Of a stretch of DNA of 64,000 bases, positions 27,101-39,400 are shown piece by piece. How positions within the stretch are numbered: position 1 is the first letter of the stretch; each line of letters opens with the position of its first letter. The DNA comes from Raillietiella orientalis. Taxonomy: Eukaryota. The stretch lies in NCBI GenBank assembly GCA_036172245.1, contig JAYWIR010000025.1, positions 1,674,001 to 1,738,000 of the forward strand. Reading direction: 5' to 3'. Both the position numbers and the translations under genes were made by a program. The notes under the pieces are model-generated. The model did not search any database and had not been told where the DNA came from. It was given only the letters and a program-made list of their open reading frames with translations.

Positions 27101-30100
27101 CCCCAAATGTAAGGGTATATTTATTTCCTCTTTCTGCGAAAGCTTTCACAGTGCAGTTTAGTTCCTTGAAGGCGCAGCTGCAGTAAAGAATTTAGCTTGT
27201 TTTCATCCATGTCGTTTGTAACACTTCCTTGTAGAAACCGGCAGGTGCTTGATCATAAGGGGATTGAAAAATTATTTGCCTTGGTCATTTTTGGATTAGG
27301 GTGTTCTTACTGATTAGTTACTGGAATGCCCTCGAAAAACAAAGTGGCTACTCTGTGGCACTGAATTTGTATTTCCTAGCATTCCCTCCAGAATGACCAC
27401 TTTAATTTTAATCACAGGGGTCACTTTTGTCGCGCTTCGCTCATATAAAAGCTCCGTGATTTATACGTTCCTGTTTCCGTGACAATTTAATATTAAGTCA
27501 GTTTTCCTCATTGGCAGTTTGTTCTCATAGTTCATTCGTTATTCGCAAATCATGTTTCATAAGATTCCCAAGAGCGGCCTTTTAGTGTCTCAGCGTGTGC
27601 AGGATGACATTAAAACACATCAGCAGTGAGATCTATGATGTTTTTGTTGGTTCCTCTTGCTCGCACCGTCTTTTATGAATTCAGAGTTTTGAACGAATGG
27701 AAATGGTCTACATAACTTACGGGAAGCTGGATGAATGCCTCGTGGTATCCCACGCGGTAAATGAAGATCTCGGTTGAGTTTGTGGAATCATGCAAGAGAG
27801 CTGCAGTGCATGAGGATCGTGTTCAACGCAGTAACTCTTGAAGGCGGATGTCCTCTTGTTTGACCTTGTAACTCACCATGTGTGAAATGCATGTTTACTG
27901 CACGCGTTTGCAGTTGAGCAGAGCAGTTGTTTATCTATTTTCTACTGCAAAAAAAAAAAAAACTACACATATAGATTTGCAGCCTCTTTCGAAGAAGTTT
28001 CGTGCAGGGTGTCCTTGGTGCACCTGATCAATTTCTTGGGCCACATTCCGAAAAATTCTGGTAGGCTCCTTGCCTCCCATGAAGCAATGCTGCTTGTTCC
28101 AGTACAGAATCATTTGATTCTCCCGAAAGCCGCCCCGATGAAGGATGATTAGAGGATGATTAATGATTGTGATCAACAATGATTCGAAGAGGAATTTCAC
28201 TTCATTTTCAGGTTCGTGAAATGGCGAGCTCCACGACGTCTGTTCCTTTCCCTTCGCATTTCGTGTTCCTTTTCCCGCAGTTGACATTCCGGGAGGAGAC
28301 TCTGCACTCCTTGCTCCCTGGCTGCGTCAGTTCGTAGAGTGCGCGCTGATTTCATCTCGAGAGGGCTGTTGTGCACATTCTGGGACAAGCCCGGCGTCTT
28401 CCTCTTGCCTGAGAACCTGCTTTAATCTCCGGAACTCCTCACGAAATCACTTAGGCCCTTGTCGCTTTCCCTCTGGCGCAGCTGCGTGCAAAGAGTGGTC
28501 CTCATCTAGTGAATGACTCGGTTGGGACGTTTCGAACACTCGGCCAACGGAAGGCCGCGTAAAAGCAGCGGGGTTCGACATAGTTGAGCCTGGGAAAGAT
28601 TGAGGCCAAACAGCCTCATCTGAGTCCGAGGCGGAGATTCCACCGTAAGGGTGGGGCAAGGCTATCAAAGGGTCCTGTCAATGACAGCCGGAGAAATAAT
28701 GTGGCTGGACCTCTGGAGAAATAGGAAGACGCTTAAAGTGGAAGAGGGAGACACACGGCGGCAGAGATCTGCAGTCCGCGACCCATAGAGCCTGTGCTGC
28801 CATGACCACCGGTGTGTTTCGGAGTTGTCACGGGAGGCCGGAATCAGGGATCCGGGATGCGGTAAGTGGTCCCACGCATGAAGGGCAAGAAAATGTAGAG
28901 TGATGATGCCTGAAGAGATGCAGTTTCCTGTGATCAAGACCTGGCTTGAGGAATCCGAAACGCTCCGTATACGAGGAAGCAGCGCCACTTCCCTGGACAA
29001 AGAGAAGTTGTGGATGCTGCAGGAAAGTGTCGATTCCCGGATTCAAGGGATGGGAGGAGGAAAGGAAGCTCCCGAAAGATCTGCTGGGGCCAGCCCCACT
29101 GGCATAGATTCCTCCTGGATCATCGTCTGTTTTCGGAAGACCTGAAGCCAGGAAGCCGTCCCAGGACGCAGACCGCACCTGCATGCAGTGGCCACTTCCT
29201 CCTGCGCTTTATCTTTTTCTGTCTCTCCTTCCGGATGGTCATCCGTCGCGCGCATGCCATGGGGGAGAGGGAGAAGAACAAACTCTGAGTCCCTCCCTTG
29301 TCGAATCTTCAAAGGATGAGCCTTCCAGGAACGCTTTTGAATGAAGAGCGTGACCTCGGTAAGAGAAAAAGAAAAGCAAGGAAAGGCGGCGTGCCCAAGA
29401 ACATGAACTCTTTCCACCAACGAAGTTGTCCCTTCTCCGGCGTCCCCTCGTGTGGAGACCGTCAGAGCGGCTCAGGATCAGGAAGGACGGAAGAGGAGAG
29501 CGCCTGGAGACTGACGAGCGAACCAAGAGATCGCCAGCGGATCCTCTGGAAAGACGATCTCTAATCCAGCCTCCTACTCTCCTCGATCCCAGTGGCGGAA
29601 GCATTCGCTCCTCCCCACAATAGAAAGGAGAGAGACGGGAGCAGATGGTTCAGTCTGGCGGCTGGTCCTTGAACTCCTCCCTCGTGGAGGGAAGTTCTGT
29701 GGGGGCTCATCGGGAAGTTGCCACCTGGAAGTGGTCTGTCAGGTCGTGTGAGCTCAATGGCGAGTTTCAAGCCGTAGATGGTTGCACGTTCTGGGGACGC
29801 CCTCGTGGGTAAGGAAGGAGGCCTATGAGCTCAGCTTCCTTCATCATCCCCCATCCCATCTCTTTTTTCCCTAAGCGTCGCAAATCTTCAGGAAGACCGT
29901 TTGGCGCCTCATCCTCCAGGCCCACGGAGACGGAAGCTGCCTGAAGGAGGGGCACACGCATCCCTCGGCCGGAGCCCCTTCCCCATTTTCTCCACCTTTC
30001 CCCTGCTTCAACAATAGGAGGGGCGCTCGTGGATGAAAATGTATTGCACGTCGGTTCCGCTGGGCGTCTCTGCGTTCACTTCAAGTGGCAAAAGTGCAAC

Positions 30101-30458
30101 ATCTCCTACAAGACGCGCAGGCGGCTCCATGCCGCCTCCGGGCATCGGATTTTTTTTCTTTCTCCCCGGGAGGGGAGGCAGGTGGCCGGCGGGAAGGGTT
30201 ATTACCTCCTGGGAGGAAGGCCGCATGCCCCCCCTCCAGTATGGGGGGGGGGCGCAGCCATGTCCTTCTGTCCGTCCTTCTGCAGAACGCAGCGGTGCTG
30301 CCTCGACGGGGGTCGTGTCAGGCCAAGAGCACTCCGAAGCGCACCGAGGTACCATGCAAGAGCATCCTTCGCGGCGTTAGAAGCGGGATGATGAGAGGGA
30401 AGAAGAGGGGAGCTTTTTGCAGGAGGAGGTCGTGCCTTGAAGTCTGTCCTGAAGCCCG

Positions 30459-33400
30459 TCACACCTTCTCGTCACTCTTGTCGGTGATGACGTTGTAGTA
30501 CGATCTCTCGGGGAACCGGTCCAGCTCTATGTAGTCCGTCTCGGACATGATCAGGTTCTCCAGAGCGCTGGCGACCTCGGAGAAGGTGGGACGCTCTTCC
30601 GGGTCGCTGTCCCAGCAGTAGAACATGATGTTGTAGATTTCCCGCCTGCAATGCTCTGGCTTCTCCAGGCGGTAGCTGCCTTTGATCCTCCGGACCACCT
30701 CGGATGCTCCCATGCCGGGATAAGGAGTGGCGCCTGAGAAAAGACTCTGAGATTGCACGGACTAGTCAACGGGCTGCTGCCCTCAGTTTCTAGCCCCCCC
30801 CCCTTCCCCCGAGCATCTCTCGCACCCCATCCGAAAGCAGGTCGTGTCTTTCCCTACGGTGTTTGAGGCGAAGAGTCTGGAAACTCGTTCGACCTCGATC
30901 TGATGCTCAATTCGAGTTCTCACTGTGCTGCAAGAAGAAGGAATTCTCGTGGACCTTGCACCCGAGGAGTCGCTAGTTTCCCTTTTCCAGAGTTGGCTTG
31001 GTACGTGTCATGCGCACAGTACGAAGCCAGCGGGCACCTGTACTCTTCGTACTTCGTTTGAGACAAAGGACCCAAATCCGTATGTCACTCGCAGGTCCAC
31101 CCCGTTCTTGTTCAACCTAACTGGATAGGTGCTCCCCATGCAGGCTGACCGCGGGTTCATGTGTTTCGCTGCTTTCCTTCCAGCCTTTCCTTCCGAAGGG
31201 TCGGCGGCGGGGAGGAAATCGCCAAGTGCTGGAGAACCGTCCGCCTTGGAGGAGCTCATGAAGCTTTTTAACACTCTTCCACGCCACCGAAGGGGTGTGT
31301 GTGGTGACTCTTCAAGTTAGGGGGTGTACTCCGAGAGGGGAGCAGGGTCAGCCTATGAATCCAGGAAGGCTCCGGAAGGAGGAGTCCGTTCCTCTTACTC
31401 TTGGGATGGGAATTTCGAAGAAAATCCCTTCCTTATCCTCTCCGGAGGGACTCCCCAGAGGGATAGCTCCTCATTTCATTGCCGAAGGGAACCCGGAAAG
31501 GATCCACTCCTGGGATTTCTTCTCCGGAAGAAACGTCCTCAAGGAAACCTCTCCCTATTTCCCCCTCCTCTGAAGAGAACCCTGAATAGATGCTTCCCGA
31601 TTTCTCTCTGAAGGGCGCTCCTCAAAGGGAACAGACTCGCTTCTTGACACTCTGGGGAGGCAACCCTTGAAAAGGGTATCAAGCAACTCCATGGTACGCG
31701 ATGGAGGGTCCACCCGAGTGGTTGAAGGGGACGGCTCTATTGGCAAAACCTGAAGGGAACCCCGAAGGGAACCGGCGCTCCCTGATGTCTTGGAAGGACC
31801 CCGAGGGTCGACTTCCAGTCCTGGCCAGTCAACGGGGGCATCCGGGGGTTTTCGGCATCCATCAGTGCCTCTTCCGAAGCCTATAAGGTCAACCGGCGTC
31901 ATCCTGCAACGGGGAGGGATTCGAACCCCACGACGCACTCCCCGTTCTCGGCGTCGATCCTTTCTCCGGGCAGGATTCGAACCCGCGACTCCTGATGGCG
32001 GCGGCCGCGTGGCTACGGATCCTTCGCACTCCGTTCGAAGACAGAGCTCGGTGTCGTTCGGAACCTGAGAGTGAGTAGGTTACATTTTCATGGGTGCTCC
32101 ATGTGATCATGGGCTGTGCCTTCCTCCACAAGTCTGACTTGTGCTCAAGATGGCACCACCACCGGATTTTCGCACTCTGCAGATTCCGTGTTCCTCATAA
32201 AGGCAGTGTGCTTGCGCCCCCTCCCACCACGAAAAGAGAGGGGGTGTTTCCCGGCCTCCCACAGGTCGGACGAAGGCTCGCCACTTGCTCGTCTCTTGAG
32301 CACTGGTCGCATGCACGTGTCAAGCGTGTTTTCTCTGAACCGGAAGTCTTCTCTCTTGACGCTGGAGCAGACCTGAAACCACCGACGGAGACCGAAGGCA
32401 CGCCATCTGCGCCGCGAGAAGTAGGCCAACGACCTACTTCTCCTTCTTCATTTAAAGATTGTCTGCACTTTCACCATTGGAGAGGCAGCGGAGGCTTTGG
32501 TTTTCTTCACATCATCTGACGACGTCCTGCCTGAGAGGAATAAAAAAGTCTTCCTCTTCTCTCTCAAAAGAGTTCATTTCTCTTTTTTTTGCTTCCGTTT
32601 TGAAAAAAAAAAAAATTGATCATGCAATTTCCTTGATCTAGAGTGTGCAATAAGGAGTTCTACACTTCTTCGGAGGTTTCGTCTCGACCTCACTTGGATT
32701 CAAGCAGTTCGTTGTCATCCACAGGAAGGAGGCATCAGCTTCCAAAGCGCACCCTGCTATTCCTTAAGGACACTTCCGCCCTCCCCCCCCCATACACACG
32801 TTCTAAAGCGTGATCCAGCGATGTGCTACCGTGGAAGGAACGCAAACAGCAATACATCAAGAAAGACATGTTTCCCTCGAACTCTTTCGCAATGAAGAAC
32901 GCTGTGTGCATTTTTGTTTTGTTTTCCCCAAAGGGCACGCTGAGAAGATGCGTAGACGAAAAGAAGCCGAGTTCGAAAATCCTGTCGAGTGATCGACACC
33001 GACGACTCTTCGTGTCGATCTCGCTCGTCCTCACCACACAGTAGATGAGCAAGGCTGTCGTGGGTGTGGCGGGGGCGCGTTTTCCTATGCGGGTAAACCA
33101 TGAAGTGCTGTCGAAAATGACCCGTTCCTGATGGCCAGGAGGTACTTCCGACTCTCCAGTCCCGCTTGGGTGGGATAGCCAGGAGACACTTCGCACTCGC
33201 GGTTCACCGACGGGGAAGAGGGTGAATCCGCAAGCCGGGAAGGAGCAGCTTTGCGACCGCGAGGGAGCGGGGACAAGCGCGCGCCCAGTTTGAGCGGCTC
33301 CGAATCGTTCAGGACAGGACGCAGGCGGTGGTGATTCTTCCTGTCCTCTTGTGACCACGAGGATAAGTGGCGGTGCACTGGCGCACCCGAAGGAGGGCAG

Positions 33401-36400
33401 GCGAACACCAAGATCGGCGATGGTGGGCGAGGAGGAGGACGCGAAGATCATGTGATTGGCACGAGGCGAACCTCCCCTGACGCGAGCACCGGCGACGTCC
33501 CTAATGGGAAAGTCGTGCCCGCGCGAACCCTACGTCTGACGGACGGCCTCCTCTTTCCCGTTCTCGCTACGCGAAGCAGCCTCGGACCCCGGAAGCTATC
33601 CCTGGATCCGATCTCGGTTCTTTTTCCTTCCGCGTTCGAGAGCACCCTCCCTACGCGCAGCATCCGCGCGAAGGAGCCGCCGGCCCTTAGAAGGCGTCAG
33701 GAAAGGAGATGGGGGGAGGGAAGGAAACGCTGCGTATCAACCGCTCTCCAGTCAAGGGTGCGGAAGGCAGCAGCGGGACGCGAGAGAGGAGGGAGCGGCG
33801 GCGCTGATCGGGCAACGTGATGCACTTCGCCCTACTTTCGTCGTGCGCCGCACGCACTAGCTCTCCGGTGGGCTGCGTGCCCGGAAACGGCGCTCGCTCC
33901 TGAAGCCCCCGCCCGACTCACCCAGCGTTACGATTTCCCACATGAGGATTCCGAAGCTCCAGATGTCCGACTTGGTGGTGAAGATGTTGTCGTATAAACT
34001 TTCCGGAGCCATCCAGCGTATGGGCAGCTGCCCTTCCGACTTCCTCTCGTAGACGCAGTTCGACAGGACGTCGCGGGCGAAGCCGAAGTCGGCCACTTTG
34101 CAGGTCTTGTCCTGGTCCACAAGCACATTCCTTGCGGCAAGATCCCGGTGGATTATCTGAAAGGGAAGCAAACATAGAGGCGCGGTCCATGGAGCTTCCA
34201 GGCACTTCACTCCTTTGGAGGAAAGGTACTCCATGCCCCTGGAGACCTGGTACGCGAAGCTGGTCAGGTCGCGAGAGCTGAGGTGGCAGCTACCCCCGTG
34301 GAGGTTGTTGTAAGATCGGTTGATGCGCGAGTTGCGCAGGTAGGCCTGAAGCTTCCCTTCAGAGATGTATTCCAGGATGATGAAGATGGGATCTTGTTTG
34401 GGAGAAGCAGATCCTCCTATGTCTCGAAAACCCAACGCCTCTCGAACTCACTTTTCTCCGTGCAGCAACCCAGCAAGCTGACCACATTGGGATGTGGGTC
34501 GAGCATGGTCATCACTCTGAGCTCGCTAAGGAGGTCCTTCCTCTCTCTTTGGCTGGCGTTTTCCTTCAGCGTTTTCACGGCCACGGTGGTGATGCCTTCC
34601 TTCCCTTGGATGTTGATGGCTTCCACCTTCCACACCTGGCCGAAGAATCCTTCCCCGAGGATGCCCAGGATGCGGAGTCGGTGGCGAGAGAACTCCCACT
34701 TCGCAAAGACCTGCTCCGTCTGGAACGCACAAAGCCACCACCATCAAAGACTGGTCGGCGGGATTCTGGTGCAGGGAGGCGCGCGGCAGCCCGCCCCAGC
34801 ACCGTCTCGAGCAGAGGGAGGGCGGCGAGGGACTCGCTGACTTGCGTTCAAAACGGAAGCATAGAAGGGCGGGTTAAGGACGAAGGAATCGTGTCTTGCG
34901 GCCGCCACCGAAACTTTGAGCAGGCGGAGGGGGGGTGTCCTCATCCGTCGTCGGGGAGACGGGAGAGGGAACCGCGCGCGCGCTTTGGAGATACCCGAGG
35001 AAGATGCCTGGTCTCTGGTCTTTCCTTACTGATAGGAGGGATTCATGGTGCTTTTTCCCATACCTCGCTAGCTTCAAGAGTGGGCCCGATGAGGGGGTGG
35101 GTGGGTGGTGGTGGTAGATGCACAAATGACCACTCGAGAGCTCGCCTTCGCTGATGTTTTGGAATCCACGCCAGAAAGAATGCACTCCGCAGAAGACTCG
35201 CCCTCGGGCGTTCCGAGAGTTAGCAAGCTGCCAGCCAGCGAGCTTCAGAGCATGCTGAAGTGCTTTTGCCTGCTTGCTGTTTGGATCCCTCTGGGGATGA
35301 GGAAGAAGGAAATTCGGGGGAGAGGAAGTTCCTATGTGCCTAACAGGGTGGCGGATGGTCGCTGCGATGCACCACGAGACCTGTCCTGGACTCTTCAGCG
35401 GCGCGGGAACGGACTGCTCTCTCGACGCTCCTCGACCGCCGCCGCTGCTTCTGTTTCTACGGAGCTGTATTTCCAGGGAAGCAGGAGGAGCGCCTCAGGC
35501 ACCGCCAACCGGCCCCTGGAGAACCCACTCCAGAGGTTCTGTCTCCGAACGGGAAGAGGCGGCAGCGTCTTCCCGTTCGGAAGATGGAACGCGTCCAAGG
35601 AGATCAGGTACTTTGCAAGAGGAGGAGGGAGGAGAGGGACACTCTTGCCTCTCCTGAGGCAGGAGGCTTGTGGGTATTCCGAGGAACTCGGATGGATGAC
35701 GAGGTCTCAGGGCTTCCCCGCAGGGCGAAGGTGCAGGTGCAGGCTGCCGATCCCCTTCTTTCGAAGACGCGCGCCTGTGCCTCTCCCTGGCGGCTCTGCT
35801 TCTCGATCCTACGGGAAGCGCTTGGGGTGCACGAAAGTCCGGGAAATCGGTCGGAAAGGAAAAACTCGGAAAGGAAAACGAACGGGACATAAACAGAACA
35901 TGTCTAGATGAGTTCCAAGAAGCGCCTCCCGACATAGGCTGGATGCCTTCGAATCGCAGGCAGGATCCTTGCTCGAAAGCACGCAGGGTTGCCAGATTTC
36001 AAGCTGAGACCAGGGTCCCCCGGATGCTGCTTGGCAGCAGCTCGGCGAATCAGTCCCTGAAGGGTCATTCCCGGAACCGCCGCGTCGCGCCGAAGCGTGG
36101 AGCTCCTCGCACGCGAAAGTGCGGCGCACCCAATGGCAAACTGGCCGCCGGAGCCAAAACGTCTGAGGTCCGGCTTGGCTGGGAGACTGGAGTCGCGGGG
36201 AGGCACGAAAGAGGCAATGAGCTGATCGCAATGAGGCGTGAGAGGCCGCCAGTGAGAAACGAGGAAAGGGTCACTCTGCTGGGTGACCCTTTGCTCCATC
36301 GAAAACAGCACGGGGGGGGGGGGGGAAGGAAGCGCGCGGAAAGAGCGCCCTCGAATCTCTGGTTTAGCGAGCGTCCTCACCAATGGTGATTTCGACGCCC

Positions 36401-39400
36401 CGCCCAGGGTGCCCCCCCAAACGACCGAATGCGACCGTGCACTGCTGGGCCGTGCAAAGTCCTTCGGACCCGCGCGAAGGTAGCAGACCGTCACCTCGCC
36501 TTCATTTCTCTTCCTCCTCCATCCCCGGGGCCAAAGAAAAAAAAAACTCTGGAGAGGAGAGAGCTTGACCGCTTTCCCGTTCGTGGAGGGAGTGGTTCGT
36601 TTCATCCACGCCACCGATCGAACTCCTTGAGGTCTCCCCATCGCCAAGGCAACGGGGGTGCAGCGAGGCGATCAAGGCGGTGCCTGCAGATGGCAGTCTC
36701 GGATGGATAGACGAGTCGGCCGGTAGCAGGGAGTAGACCGAACCCATCAGGGAGAAGGAGGGTGTGGGGCGGGAGAGGACATCCGGGACGCGCGGCCAGC
36801 AGGACCGTTTTGAGCCCTGGGCAGCTCCCCCTTTTCCTCGTGCGACTTACTCTTTCGCCAACTCCGTTCCTAGGAAGCTCGTACTTGTTGGACAGGGCCT
36901 TCTGGTGCAAAGAAAGGATATCGGCCGCGGGTTCCGACGCTCCCACCAGGGAGGGCTCGACAGTGCTCATCTGATGGACCATCTTCTTCTGAGAGCGCAA
37001 AGGTTTCAAAACTGCCTGGCGCCAGCGGCGTTCCCTCTCACCATCTTGTTGCCGCTCTCCTCCGTTTTCTTCTTGTGCCTCCTCAAGCAGTAGGCGACCG
37101 TCGTGACCGAGGAAACTATGAGCGCAGTCAGGGCGACGACGAGGACGGACAGCATGATGTAGGAGTTGCTGCCTGCGGCAATGACGTGTTCGTCGAAGGT
37201 CGTGTTCTGCCTCTCGCGGATGTTGTCGGAGCCGCTCCCATCCTTTCCTCCAGCGGGTAGCTCCTCCGGCACCTTCTCGTGGATCGCGTTCGCACTGGAC
37301 TCGGGAAGAGACGGGGGTTTCCGGGGGCCGTCGAGGAAGATGTGAGGTGGTTCCGCGTACTCAGAAACGCTCGAGTCCTCCTCCGCGGAATTCTCGGAAG
37401 AGTCGCTGTCGTCCAGCTTCCTCAGGGACGGGACAACGGAGATCCACACTTGGACTTTGCTGGGGACATCTCCATCGTCCGCGACCACGTACAAGTAGAA
37501 GTTCTTCTTGGCCTTCAAAGCTGAAATTGCGAGCTCGCGGGGACCGAGGCGCACGCACCATTCCCTTGAGGGGACGGACCAGCTTGATGGTTCCCCTTCT
37601 GGGATCGATGGAGAAGAACTTGGATCCGTCGCTGAAGGGGTTTTCCTCAATGCTGTAGGTGATGTCCTGGCCATCCAGGTCAGTGGCCTTGACCCGTTCG
37701 ATGATGCTCCCTTTGTTTTAAAGCGCGTTCTGAAATGGTTTGGATGATGTGGCTACCCGTACCCGTTGGTTCCTCTTCTGAGAGCCGCCATTCTCTTTTC
37801 AAGTGGAGGAGGGGTGGCGTGCACCGCGCGAGAAAAGCTGAAACGCAAGAAAAGGAAAAAAAAATTACTGATCGGGTCCGGGGAAGCCGGAGAGAAAAGC
37901 GCACTCCCGGGAAACGGTTCTCCGGATCAACCCGGACCTAGCGGCACTACTGGCGGTGAGTCTGTCCCGGGAAGCCGTCGCCGGCGGCGTTCGCCCCTTC
38001 CCCTCCCTCGGGCGAAGGTCCGAAGCATGGGAGCCGTCGTCGGTCGGGGTGGCGGGTTCGACCCCGCTGCTCGCACCTGGGGCGCCTGGTCCGGGTCGGA
38101 GAACCCCAGAAAGCGGTTTGCAAGAAGGCATCGGCAAGACGGAGGGAGGGGGGAGGAGGTGCTGCAAACAGAGACTCGCAGCTGTTCGCAGCCCAGTTGA
38201 GGAACGTTTCCTCCTCCTCTTCCTCCCCCCCCTTTCTTTCCGGCAGGCGCTGCGAGTTGACCTAGAAAGCGCGCGCCGCTGCGTGGCGCAGAGTCCTTCC
38301 CGCGCCGTGCGGAAGGCACTAGTCTCTCCTTCTCCCCCTCCTCGCCGCGGAAAGACTCGCGGTTCGGTAGCCAACGAAGCCCCACGGTCGTGGCAACGGA
38401 GAGCAAAAGAGCGACCGATGATGCTGAGCACCTTCGAGAGCGGGGAGGCATCCTTCCTTGCCCGGGTTCAAGGAACGGGCGTTTCTGGACGGATCGCGAA
38501 ACTTCCTGGGGACGAAAGCTCGACGCGGGGATCGAGGCTGGCAAAGACACGTCCTCATCCTCAGACTGCGGGAGACTCTCGAGAATTCGTCGGGCCAGAA
38601 ATGCGGGACGCAGGACTCTTCAGGAGGTCAGGAACACGGCCCGGAGGGACCACAGAGAGCTCGACGCGGAGGTCTGTCTATCCTGGCTCTTTGTCCTGCA
38701 TCTCATTCTCCGCGGTGGGAAAGAGGCAGCAGGCCACGCCCAACTTCCGAGCTGCCGGAGGATGTGGGGGGAGGGGAGGGGGCATCGTGGCCACCGACAT
38801 TCCCTGATGTTTTGAGTCTCGTTCGACCGGAAGGAGTTCGAGTAGAGACGGGAAGCCTGGAGTGATCAGGAAGGTGATCGACAATTTTTTCACCAATCAA
38901 CTCATCATTTAACTGGCCGTCCACTTCAGGAGGCAGCGACGCTCATCCTCAGTCCATACCATCACCTTCCTGGGCAGAAGAGCGCTCCAAGGTCATGGCG
39001 CATGCATGTCGATCTCGAGAACGAGGAGGAAGAGTCTCCGGACCAGAATGGCAGGAACCTTCCCGAGGAAACACGCGAAGGAGCAAGGCAAGGGTCACAA
39101 GTTGGTGCTTGGTGTGCGCCCGAGGACACCGGAACGCTCGTATCTCTGGAGAAACCGAAATCCTCCGCGGCAGCGTTTGAGGTGGAGGAAACGCGGACGG
39201 GACTCGAAAGTCGCCAAAGGGGGCTGATCAAGAAGGGAGTCACCCAGAGCGTCATCGCGGTGCTTGGAAAATTCTTGTATCCAAGCAACCGTCCTCGGAG
39301 ATCCTCGAACCCCTTTGTCCCTCCTGCCTCATCTACAACTGCACTTTTTAGAAGCGCGTCGGGATTTTTTTTTTACTGTTCGGGAACAGAAAGCGGAAGA

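Noticed and set aside
35105..38807. Long ORFs 35105..35911, 35904..36647 and 37956..38807
   Set aside because: They lie in GC-rich RTK introns and have no protein-family features.
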